Of a DNA stretch of 64,000 bases, positions 48,734-59,789 are shown piece after piece. Under the pieces are notes generated by a model. The model saw only the letters and a program-made list of their open reading frames with translations, was not told the origin of the DNA and did no database searches. Both the position numbers and the translations under genes were made by a program. Source of the DNA: Heteronotia binoei (Eukaryota); assembly GCF_032191835.1 (NCBI RefSeq), contig NC_083243.1, positions 67,270,001-67,334,000 on the forward strand, given 5' to 3'. Numbering within the stretch: the stretch's first letter is position 1; the number at the start of each line of letters is the position of its first letter.

Positions 48734-48880
48734 AAGACCATAAGAAAAGCCATGCTGGATTAGGTCAGTGGCCCCTCTAGTCTATCAACTTGTCTCACAC
48801 AGTGGCCAACCAGTTCCTCTTGAGATCCAGTAACAGGGCATAAGGGCTGAGGCCATTTTCTGATGTGGTCTTGTGACATT
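48734..48880 (-). mobile_element. CR1 3' tail fragment
   Basis: CATAAGACCATAAGAAAAGCCATGCTGGATTAGG...CACACAGTGGCC, a typical reverse-complement CR1 tail. Confidence 0.7.
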
Positions 48881-49044
48881 GCTTTCTACATCACTACTTT
48901 ATCCATTCCAGGCCACAGAAAGCATTATATCAAGAATCCATACTGGCAACAACTGCAGAAGCGTAACAATGAATGCATCCCATCCATGCTCTAAAGAACT
49001 CAAGGCAGTGCATCCCCACTCCATTTTATGCTCATGACATCAAC

Positions 49045-49410
49045 ATATGGTGACCCTGTAGGGTTTTCAAAGGCTAGTGATGTCCAGAGGTTATTTCCAC
49101 TGCCTGCCTCTGTGTAGCAACCCTAGGCTTCCTTGGTGGTCCCTCCTCCCATCCAAGTACTAACCATAGTTGACCCTGAATAGCTTCAGAGATCTGTAAG
49201 GTTGCCAGCTCTAGATTGGGAAATACCTGGAGATTTGGGGATGGAGTCTGGGAAGGGCAGGGTTTATGGAATACAGTCCACCCTCCATAGCTGCCATTTT
49301 CTTCAGGGAAACATCCCTATTGTCTGAAGATCTGTTGTAATAGCTGGAGATCTCCAGGCCACACTTTGAGGCTGACAACCCAAGAGATCTGATTATCTAG
49401 GGCTAGCCAT
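49045..49410 (-). mobile_element. 5S rRNA-derived SINE interrupted by a MITE
   Basis: CCCATCCAAGTACTAACCA is the reverse complement of the 5S segment TGGTTAGTACTTGGATGGG; homologous to 12697-12888. Confidence 0.75.
49197..49383. mobile_element. hAT MITE (short TAGGGTTGCCA family)
   Basis: Perfect TSD GAGATCTG at 49189-49196 and 49384-49391. Confidence 0.9.
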
Positions 49411-50720
49411 TACAGTGGTTTGCCATTACAATGAGCAAAATGTCCACTGGGCTTTAGTATAGCCACCTCTTAAAACAAAATATTCTGGCAACGAAGATAA
49501 TTATGGATCAGAGGGCAGACCTCACATTGAGGCCAAATTTTATACCAATGGATAAATTATAGCAGATTATTTCAGGCCCAGATACAGAAGAGCTCAATGG
49601 ATTACGATAGGACCAAGATGGGATTTGGATGGCTTTCTCATGCAATATGTACACATTTTTTAAAAAGAAGATTAAGGAAGGTAGGAAAAAGTTCTCATGC
49701 TTTTCTGGCAGGCAGTCAGCAAGGGGGAAAAAACAGACCCCAAAACTAGCCGGATTGAACTGTCATAAGCCCTTTGAGAGAGTCTTAAGAAGACTTACAT
49801 TGATCTAAGGCTATTAAAGTCAATGGCCTAGGTTTAGGATTGCATTATAAGTAACATAAGTAGCTTTCTGGAACCTTGCTTATGTATGGCACAGATTGCA
49901 ATACCTGTGTTTTCACAGGTCTGTGTAAAAGAACCATAGAAGAAAACCTTCTTTTAAAAAAATGTGAAAAAAACATTTTTGCCAGATGGAACAAAATACC
50001 TCTTTGAATCTTGGCTAATATATTTTTTAAAAATATTGTTGCACATGAGTGAATGTTTGTATGAAATAGAAATAATTCTTCAGCTAAAGTATAATCAATT
50101 AGTCTGCACTAGTAACAGCCAGATTCTGGGTGCCAGAATATTGCTTCTTTGGCAGCTGTCTGTTTTTGTTTTCTGTTCTTAGTATTTGGCTGCAAATAGA
50201 CACCACCTGCAGAATTCCTGTTCTGCTAATCTATAACTTTAGTAGGCCCTAGCTTCCATGCAACCAGCCTCAAACCCACATTTTTCATCTGTCCAGGCAA
50301 CATGGCCAGTTGATTAGGTTGGCTTGCCCCCTGATACTCAGCAGCTTTGTCTCTTGCCCAGTGCTTTCATTACCCTTTCACACACTCAAAAGCTTTGCCA
50401 AACCCCTTAGCACATCCTCTAGCCTGGCCCAACAATTCATGCTCTACCCATGTTTCATTGATGTTTTTACAATTCGCAGTTACACCTGGGCCCATGTGCC
50501 TGGCTGCATTTAAATCAGCCCCATGTTTTTCATATACAAAATTGCCCCCTGAGCTATATTATAGCAAGTTCTTGGTGACTTTTGCAAGGCTTTCATTCTA
50601 TTGTTGCACTGATTTAAATGAATTTAAATGAACAGCATATATAAGTCATTGGTGGCTGGTTTTCTTGATGTCACAAGGCTTTGAAGAGGAAGGAATGGTG
50701 TGTGTGCTGTTAACAGAAGA

Positions 50721-50786
50721 CTCATAGTCAGAAATTTAACAGCTCATAGTCAGAAATTTAACAGCTCATAGTCAGAAATTTAACAG
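50721..50786. repeat. Minisatellite, 22 bp x 3 (CTCATAGTCAGAAATTTAACAG)
   Basis: Three perfect tandem copies. Confidence 0.97.
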
Positions 50787-51210
50787 TGAAGTGGCATGGT
50801 CATTTGCCAGATTTCCATAGGGTAGGGCCTGTTGATGACTCAGGGGAGATTTCCTGGGGCTGGACATGGTGTTTCAGATACTGAATAGCAATACTACTAC
50901 TAGTAGTATGTTCAAGAACCACTAAGTATGTACCACATGGTATCTCATGGCATAAACATCTGAAAATAAAATCTTGGATTCCAAAATTATGGGATATTGC
51001 AAAACTATCAAAATGATCAGAACTTGTTCAACTGAGAGATAATCATATAAAAAAGCATATTTTTCTGGTAGCTGGAAATCTTTTTTTTTTTTTTAAATGG
51101 AAGCAGGAATTAGATATGATGCTAGATTTGTACAATTGTGCCTCACTTTTATATTAAATAGGATAATGAAAATGAGTAGTCAATATGAGCATTACATAAT
51201 TAACAGCAAA

Positions 51211-51605
51211 CTTTAAATGTTGTATTCACAACATTTTAATGATTATAATTTTGTTGTTAAGGGTGAGTTTTCAAAATAAAAATGTGATTTAAGATTGTAT
51301 TATACTGTAATTTTTTCTTTTGAAATAAATATTATCTTTAAAATAAATTAACAACATTGAACGAACTATGTGTTAAATGAACAATGTAGCTGGGTTGCTA
51401 GTACCATATTTTTGCCTGTCATCTTCAGTCTGCATCTGCAGTAGCTACCATATGGAGGCATGCATAGAAGTCATAGAAGATGTCATGTATCTGTAATATG
51501 GAATACAATCCAGGGAAAAATGATTTGCTTTTAGCTACCCTGAATTTAGCTACCCTTAACAACAAAATTATAATCATTAAAATGTTGTGAATACAAAATT
51601 TAAAG
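51211..51605. repeat. 54-bp inverted repeat pair (1 mismatch) separated by 287 bp
   Basis: 51211-51264 versus 51552-51605; the inner 45 bp match perfectly. Confidence 0.93.
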
Positions 51606-52331
51606 TAATGAATTTCTTATGAGTGTTCCTATATTCTCTGTGGTGGCAACCAGCCCTCAAGGAGCTCTTGGTGTCAGTTGCCACTGTGGCCAGGCCCCAA
51701 GTGTCTCCTAGTGTCCCTTGCTGCCATGACTGGGCCCTGAGCAGCTCCCAGCATGCCACGGTGGCAGCTGGGCCCTGAGCAGCTCCCTGTGTCTGCTGCC
51801 ATGCTTGCTGGGCCTTGATCAGCTCCTGATGTCTACCACTGTAGCCGACAGACCCTAAACAGGTCCTGGTGTCCACTGCTGCTCAGGACTCCTCTGCAGC
51901 TATGGCCAGGCTCCAACAGAGCTCCCAGCCTCCACAGATATAAAGTAAATGTATTATCTGCGCATATCATGCCCTCTCAAACCTTCTGCTGTATTTCCAG
52001 CCCTGTAGTAAGAGGTTGAGGAGTTTAAACCTGCCTGACCATAATATCTCTCTAGTTTTTTAGCCATAATCCAGGATTCTGTGGGAGTTAAGGACTAGGG
52101 ATGCCCAGGTGCCTTGCATTACTAAACAAACTATGGTGTAAAGATTATAACCATTAAATACAGGGCACAATGTGCAGAAAAAATCTAACTGTAATGTTAG
52201 AAAAAAATTGAACACCACATAATATCACTTTGCCAATATACATCAGTTATCAAGGTTGCTATACAGTATCAGTTTTGTTACAACAGTACAATGTTCCACA
52301 CTCAAATCCTTTTTCTTATCTCTACAAGGTA

Positions 52332-52815
52332 TAGGGTTGCCAATCCCCAGGTGGGGGCAGGGGATCCCCCGGTTTGGAGGCCCTCACCCCCGCTTCAGGG
52401 TCATCAGAAAGCGGGGGGAGGGGAGGGAAATGTCTGCTGGGAACTCTATTATTCCCTATGGTGATTTATTCCCATAGAAAATCATGGAGAATTGATCCGT
52501 GGGTATCTGGAGCTCTGGGGAGGGCTGTTTTTTTGGGTAGAGGCACCAAATTTTCAGTATAGCATCTAGTGCCTCTCCCCAAAATAACCCCCAAGTTTCA
52601 AAAAGATTGGACCAGGGGGTCCAATTCTATGAGCCCCAAAAGAAGGTGACCCTATTCATTATTTCCTATGGAAGGGAGGAATTGAAAAGATGTGCCGTCC
52701 CCTTAAATGTGATGGCCAGAACTCCCTTTGGAGTTCAATTATGCTTGTCACAGCCTTGATCTTGGCTCCACCCCCAAAGTCCCAGATATTTCGTAAATTG
52801 GACTTGGCAACCCTA
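52332..52815. mobile_element. hAT MITE (TAGGGTTGCCA family, long form)
   Basis: TIR TAGGGTTGCCAA/TTGGCAACCCTA; perfect TSD ACAAGGTA at 52324-52331 and 52816-52823. Confidence 0.95.
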
Positions 52816-54050
52816 ACAAGGTAATAAATCTTACATCTTAAACTAATATAAATTCTATGCAGTATATTTCTCATACACAATTAGAAAGACCAAACATAGA
52901 TCTTCAATATCTTAATAATTTGTATAGCTGATAATCAGCAGAGGCATGGTTTGAGAACAGCACAAAACAAAGGTCTCTTCCAGCTCCAGAGGAAGTGTTT
53001 TAAACACAGGCAAAGATCTCAAGGACTGTTAGAGCCTTCCAACTTAGGCAGTTTATAAGTGAAATTGATCAGCATTTCTTAGCATTTGCTCATGGTGCCA
53101 TTTCAGAGTATTCTTTTCCCTTTGCTTGCCTCTCTCTCTCTCTCTCTCTCTGCCTGTTCCATTATTTCTGTCACTGTGGCCGGGCCCCAAGTGGCTCCTA
53201 CTGTCCCTTGCTTGCCTCTCTCTCTCTCTCTGCCTGTTCCATGATTTCTGCCAGCCCCTCTTCTAAGTCTCTGAATCAGTAGTTCTTGTGCTCAGGCTTC
53301 ATAGTGTTGGGACCTTAATGGAGTCTTTCATTGATCAGGATAACTGATCATAAACATGCTACATGGAAGTAAATCCCTATGATTTCATTCACTCATCAAT
53401 CAGCTTGCCTATGTAAACTTTCCAGCGCAGTCCTAAACTGCTCACTTCACTAGACTTTGAAGGATATGATTAGGAGTTCACTGTACATGTATTCATTCAA
53501 AATTATTTGTTCTTTGTTTGCTAAAACTGTTTTCTGTTTGAGGAAGAAAATGAAGGGTTGTTGTGTTATTGTTCTCACAATTATTTTTTTAAAAGCAGCA
53601 ATTTCAAGTTGGTTTTTATATCACTGATCACAGATTGCACCACCATACGGAATAAAAACGCAGACAACGTACTTGGGAAAACCGGGCCACTTTATTAACT
53701 TTAACACAACCTGGCAAGGCAAACTGAAATAGGACGAGCCCTGGGGTCACACCTGACCCCGCCAAGTCCTACAAGGGCGAGGCACCCTACCCCTGGTCAC
53801 AGCCATCCGAATGTGGCCAGAACCGGGCCGGCAGACCAAACATGCCCTCCCTTTACCCCTGGCCCGATGCCCAGAAGGGGGCAACCAAAGGGAGGCATGA
53901 AACCCGATCCGTATTTCAGGACATTGAGCCGTGAAGCCCATCTGCCATTCCTACGGATCGCATGCACAACACAGGTGCCTAGGCCTGGGTGCTCACCGGC
54001 AAGGTCTAAACCCCTTGCAAATTCCGCCACCGCAAATGCCAAGCCTCTGC

Positions 54051-54652
54051 TTAGGCGTTCGCGACCCCCGGGAGGCCCAGAGCCTCCCGAAGACCTTGCT
54101 GCAACTCCAACAAAAAGGCCTGATTTCCCACATCGAACAGATGCACACCATCTGGCCGATATAACTCAGCCCGGTCAACCCTAATACGAGGGTGTGGAAG
54201 GAATGTGCCCAGACCTTCCTCCAGGGCCAACCGCAGGGCCCGATTAGTCTTCCTCCTGGCCCGCTCGATCCCAGCAGGGTTCCAAGCGGCACGCCAGACT
54301 CGGCGAGGCAGAATAGCAGACCAAATGATCCGTACCCCGGGCCACCTCCGCACGATGACCTGCAGGTCAGCAATCGCCTGCAAAGACAGGGCCCTCCCCT
54401 TCAACAAGCCCAGGTCATTCCCCCCGAGGTGGATGACCAGCATGTCGGGCTGGGGACAGGCCCTTCCAACAAATAACAATGGCAACAGCTCAGCCCATCT
54501 GAGCCCACGTCGCCTCAACCAGTCGACCACAGCTCACTCGCTCAACCCCAATTGCGAGCCGACTGACAATCTTCTGGCGAAGTGAGCCACCAAAAAACCA
54601 TGCTGCGCCCGCATACGAGGATCCTCAGCCTGCCATGACGAGCCACAGCACC
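54051..54652 (-). pseudogene. SGNH/GDSL hydrolase ORF of Ngaro, N-terminal part frameshifted
   Basis: Block I ILVCGRSMVFW (54622-54590), block III VIHLGGND, block V RPDGVHL. Confidence 0.85.
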
Positions 54653-54700
54653 TGAAACAACAAAAACATAGTTAGAACAGAACAACAACCAGACCCCTCC

Positions 54701-55636
54701 TTAGGGGCACAACAATGGACGCACATAGGCACGATATGCCGTGGACCTCCACCGCCCTACCCGCTGGATAGTTGGGCCCGGATATCCCATGGCTGCAGCC
54801 ATCGACGCCGCCCCAATCCGAAAGGAATGGGTCCCAAACTTGACTCCCCCTAAACCAAGCTTACCCAGTGCATGGGCCGTCACAGTCCAAAATTGATATT
54901 TCGTGAGGGGGGACCCATCCTCATGGCGGAAAAAGGGGCCTTGCAAGGTCCCACGGGCCTTTACATATTGCAATAAGGCTTGAACCAGACATAGCCCTGG
55001 CTCAGTACAAGGGCCAAGCTTGATTGTAGTGCCCTTCTGACGCTGATCCATTTTGGACCGATGTACATGCAGCAAGACATGCCTGTCTTAGAACAAAACG
55101 TCACCACCCTGCAATGCGGTGTCAGATGGGTCACTACGCAAAGGCTGCACTAATCCGCTGACCCGCAGGGCTCCGAAAAAGGCCATTAGAGCTGCCGCAT
55201 AGAACAAGACAGCCTCATAATCTGAGCTGCAAACCTCGGACCAAACACCGCCCAGACCCCGCAAAATAGAAGGAGACATGGGCTGCCTAGTATCAGCCCT
55301 GGCCCCTTGCTCCCTAGACCAACCCTCGAGCATCTTTCTGATTCTAAAATCGTCGCCCGAGGCCGGGTAACCCTGGGCCTTACTAAAAAAGGCTAAAGCC
55401 ACCAACTGGCCCCGGATGGATTTAACCTTCATACCTTTAGACTTTTGCAGTACACAGAACTGCATCAAGTGTGCAACCAGGATGGGCCAAATGTCTTCCA
55501 GCCCCGAGGAGGTGCGAAATACCTTAAACTGAGAAGCTGCGCGGTCATATGCCCTCCGAGTGCTCGGGGCCAGTGCTAAGAGGATTGCCCTACCGGCTTC
55601 GGCCTGCCAAGCTGCCAAAGGTCGGGTGGCATCCAT
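54701..55636 (-). pseudogene. Tyrosine recombinase with one in-frame stop at 55088-55090
   Basis: AFFGALRVS (catalytic R), RSKMDQ, HSFRIGAA (HxxR), GRWRSTAYRAY (W and catalytic Y). Confidence 0.93.
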
Positions 55637-57435
55637 GACGGGCGAGGCTCGGCCTCCGGGGCCAACAGGCGAAATCGCTCCATCTGCCAGCGAGACAGGG
55701 CGTCCGCCACCCCGTTATTAATTCCCGGCACATGCTTGGCTAAGAACAAAATATTTAAATGGAGGCACCGAAGGGTAAAAACCCTAACTAGGGTCATAAC
55801 CGGCTTAGATTTAGAAGACAGGGAGTTAACTACATGCACAACCGACAGGTTGTCACACCAGAAGTGTACAACCCGGTTGGCAAGCTGCTCCCCCCAAATA
55901 AAAACTGCCACTACAATCGGAAAGAATTCCAAGAAGGTCAGATTTCTACAGATGCCGCTGTCTTGCCAATCTTCCGGCCACTGTTCCGCGCACCACTGCC
56001 TTCTGAAAAATACGCCAAAACCTGTGGAGCCGGTGGCATCAGAGGAAATCTGGAGGTCCACTTTGACCTTCATGTCCTCCCTCCAAAAAGACACCCCGTT
56101 GAAAACCTCTAAAAACTTTTCCCAAACTTCAAGGTCCTTACGCATGCTTTCAGTTATGCACGCCCTATGGTGTGGCAAACGGAGATTCACCATGGCATCG
56201 CAAAGGCGCCATATAAATGGCCTGCCTGGAGCAACAACTCTACAGGCGAAGTTTAGATACCCCACAAGCTGCTGCAGCTCCAGGAGTGAAACTTTCCGTT
56301 TCGCCTTTAACGCCGCTAGCCACGCCGTGAGTTGTTGGACCTTTTCCTTCGGCAACCGAGAGGTCTGCTGCACAGTGTCCAGTTCAATACCTAAAAATGT
56401 GATGCAGGTCGCAGGACCCTCCGTCTTCTCATGAGCCAGAGGTACCCCCAGCTCACCAGCCAGCCGTGTAAACAGCTTCAGCAGCCACGCACAGCGCCCT
56501 GAACCTGGCGCGCCAGCGAACAAGAAGTCATCCAAATAATGCACAACCTCGCTGCGTCCCGACCTGTCCCTCACAAGCCATTCTAAAAATGAACTAAAGT
56601 GTTCAAAAGCGGCGCAGGACACCGAGCATCCCATTGGCAATGCTCTATCCAAATAATAATAGCCCTCAAACTGAAAACCTAACAACTCGAAGTCAGCGGG
56701 GTGAACCAGCAATAGCCGAAATGCAGACTTGATATCGCATTTTCCCATTTCCGCACCCCACCTGCAACCCCGTATAACTCTGACCGCCTGGTCGAACGAT
56801 GTGTAACGAACAGAACAGAGGTGATCAGGAATGCCATCGTTCACCGACCCCCCCGGAGGGATAGGACAAATGATGGATCAACCTAAACTCCCCCGCGGCC
56901 TTTTTAGGAACAACGCCCAATGGGGAGACCTTTAAATTAGGCACTGGCGAGGCTCTGAAAGGACCAAGGACCCGCCCTTCTGTGCATTCCTTTGCAATTT
57001 TGTTCCTAACCACTTGCTCCATACCTACAATGGAACGTAAATTGGAGGCCGCGGAGGGGCCCGAAGCCCCCCGAATGGGATCTGGAAACCACATGTAAAT
57101 CCCTCCAACAAATGAATCCTGTCAGCAACCCTAGGATAATTCTCCAAGAACTGCTCAAGAACCCTCAGCCGAATGGGGCTGGGACCCTTTTCCCAGAGGT
57201 TGTGAACCGCCGCCACCCCCGGGCCGCTTGGGCCCGCCTTTCGGCTTTGCCTTATTGCATGCTGAGAAAGCGTGAGAGCCCCTGCAGAGCGGGCACTTGT
57301 GCTTAAATTTACATGCCTTCCTGGAACAGACCCCCTGCGAGGTATACTCCCAACATAACAGCCGGGGTTGAACCGACTGACCCACCGTGGAGCAGGCTGC
57401 TGGGGTACTTGCCTGTTTGTGGACCAAATGCCCAC
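55576..57435 (-). pseudogene. pol: Ngaro RT/RNase H with two frameshifts (near 57060 and 56850)
   Basis: SPLGVVPKK, FRLIHHLS, KCDIKSAFR, LPMG, YLDDF, FLGIELD, SSDATGSTGFG, LEFFPI, WCDN, HVPGINNGVADALSR. Confidence 0.93.
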
Positions 57436-57937
57436 TATCCACCTTATCCCCGAAGCTGGGCTTAGCCAGGGCCATCAGCTGTAACCACAACTGTTGGTTA
57501 ATCTGGTCCCACGGCAACAATGGATTAATGGCCGCCCTCATACGAAATGTTTCATCATACTGTAACCAGGCCGGCCCTGCGAAATCAATATAAGCCCGGT
57601 ATATGATGTCACAGTATTGAAACAAGGGGGCAGCCCTGCTCGGCTGAGCCCTGGCGATAACCCCCGCGTAAATGAGAAAACCTGGAAGCCAATTGGCCCA
57701 GTTTTTCTCGACCTTATGACACCTAAGCTTTTCCTTCTCCTTCTCATCTAGTTCATCTTTACTTTTCTTTTCCAGCTCTCTGTACAAGAGACTAAAGACG
57801 TCCACATATTCCCCTCTCACTATCTTTTCTCTTGTAGCTGGAGTGAGGTGGTCCCCCAAAGGCATTGCTGGGTCTCCAAACGGGCTGGATAACAAGGGGA
57901 CAGACCCATAAGGGTTATGATTAAGATTATGATAAGG
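57155..57937 (-). pseudogene. gag: Ngaro gag-like ORF, C-terminal part (split by L1)
   Basis: KIVRGEYVDVFSLL, W...FLIY, WLQYDETFR, and a Cys/His finger CWEY...C...C...HKCPLCRGSHAFSAC. Confidence 0.88.
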
Positions 57938-58045
57938 AGGGGCGGGGCAACGTGTGTAATGGAGGATGCCTGAAAAAGCTTCTCCCGACAAACTGTCCCT
58001 TCGCGCTCCCCCCGCTCCCACAGAACGCGTCAATTTCACCTAGGC

Positions 58046-59026
58046 ATGGGCAGACGCAGCGTTGGAACTCCTAAGGCTACCAAAAAATCGTCTTCTACTA
58101 CTCAGCAGGTACTGACTTTCCCCCCAGTGAGCTCTGAAGTTCCCGCTCCCTCGCCTGGGCCTTCTCTTCCCCTGGGGAAAATGGCGTCTGACTCTCTCTT
58201 GAGCCCAGAAGAAAGCTCCCCACTAACCTTCCAGTCCTTCCAAGCAGCCATGACCCGGCTAGAAGAGACTATTGGGGAGAAAATCTCCAAAGCAACAGCC
58301 CCTATTCACTCTGAACTTAAAAAAATAAACGAAACATTGGTGGCTGTTACTCAAACTGCGAATGCAGCTTTTGAAATGGCTACTAAGGCACAGGAGGCAG
58401 TGGAGAGCCTCCAACGCTCTGATTTATGGCTTCATGAAAAGGTCCTATATCTGGACAATAAATTAAGGGCGGCAAATTTAAAATTCAGAGGGCTGCCTGA
58501 GCAGGCCGAAGAAAATCAAGAGATCAAGACCTTCATGGCGTCCTGGCTGGCTTCTGCCCTCCATCTCCAAGATGGCATTGCCCCCCTTATTGACTCTGCT
58601 TATCGTTTAGGCGCTTTACAACCCAACTCAAAAGACTTTCCACATGATATTCTGACTACAATTCCAGACTCTAGGGCCAGAACCTCAATTCTACAAAAAG
58701 CCCGGTCTGAAAAAGGCTTACTTTATGAAGGGAAAAAGATCCTTGTTCTGGCTGACCTTTCCCCAAAGACTTTGCAGCACAGAAAAGACATGAAACCCAT
58801 CTTAAACTTACTGGCTGAACACAAGATCCATTTTCGCTGGTCATCTCCTACCCAAATCTTGGTGGTTCACCAGGGTCTTCGTCTGACAGCCTTTGACTTT
58901 GCTTCTGGATGTGACCTTCTTACCCGCCTTCACATTGACCCGCCTTCAGCTACTGACCCAAACCTGGCTAATGGACTCCGACCATCTAACAAGCCATTTT
59001 TTTCTAAACCAAGAAGACGACGCTAG
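58046..59026 (+). CDS. ORF1: L1 ORF1p (coiled coil, RRM, CTD), intact, 326 aa
   Basis: ATG to stop uninterrupted; LDNKLRAANLKFRGLPE, IDSAYRLG, ILVLADLS, FRWSSP. Confidence 0.92.
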   Translation: MGRRSVGTPKATKKSSSTTQQVLTFPPVSSEVPAPSPGPSLPLGKMASDSLLSPEESSPLTFQSFQAAMTRLEETIGEKISKATAPIHSELKKINETLVAVTQTANAAFEMATKAQEAVESLQRSDLWLHEKVLYLDNKLRAANLKFRGLPEQAEENQEIKTFMASWLASALHLQDGIAPLIDSAYRLGALQPNSKDFPHDILTTIPDSRARTSILQKARSEKGLLYEGKKILVLADLSPKTLQHRKDMKPILNLLAEHKIHFRWSSPTQILVVHQGLRLTAFDFASGCDLLTRLHIDPPSATDPNLANGLRPSNKPFFSKPRRRR

Positions 59027-59789
59027 ATGTACTCCATGTGGTCGACTAGCCTAATGTATATCCATATTTTTACTATAAGCCCACTGTTAGCATCATGCCC
59101 TAGCTCTATTTTCACATTCTAAAAAGGAGCGGGGGGAGGGGAAAAATCTTTACTTTTAAAACTTCATTTGGTTGGGACAGTTGGGAGGTCCCTTTTTCTA
59201 GCCCTCCTCCTTTTGTTGTACTTTGACTGTTTAAGCAAAATTTCATTGTTCTCTACCCTGAGACAATGAACAGTTTAGAAAGTTTTGAGTTTTATTTAAT
59301 GTTGTGTGTCTATTTTTTCTTTAGGAGGGAAAGCCATAGGCTGGAATGGTTCCTCCAGCTTGCTAGTTCTAACCACTTTTGGCCAGTTTTGCTAATTTTT
59401 AGTTGTGATTCATGTGTCAAATGGATCCCCCCAGCTAAACAATGGTCTTTAGAACCTTTGGCCGTTCAGAAACATTTTATGAGATTAAGTTTGAAGTATT
59501 CGGTTTATGCCTATGGCCTTGAACATTGGCTTATGTCCTTACTTCTAGTAGGTGTTGGCCTAAGGGTTTCATTGACTCCATATACTTTTGCCTTGAACTT
59601 CGTTTTTTCTACATCCACAGGTGTTGTTTATATTCTGCAAAAGGTGCACGTTGTTGTAATACAATGTTGGGTGTTACTTACCTGGTTATATCTTTTATAT
59701 TTGGCTTTGAAGAAATTTAGTGCCTGGCTATTAGGCCCCCCAATGTTGCTTAAGCTTAAATTTTTACTACTTTACGATTGGTTGTGGCT

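Larger units (their letters stand above)
53634..57937 (-). mobile_element. Ngaro-type tyrosine-recombinase (DIRS order) retrotransposon, 3' part; low-coordinate boundary approximate
   Basis: Minus-strand gene order gag, RT/RNase H, tyrosine recombinase, SGNH hydrolase, then a terminal region with AATAAA. This order with a hydrolase is established for Ngaro elements. Confidence 0.92.

Noticed and set aside
53634-54050. Ngaro split direct repeats (B1-A2-B2)
   Set aside because: I could not see a clear direct repeat pair, only a short hairpin (about 53840-53900). The 5' repeat needed for comparison lies beyond position 64000.
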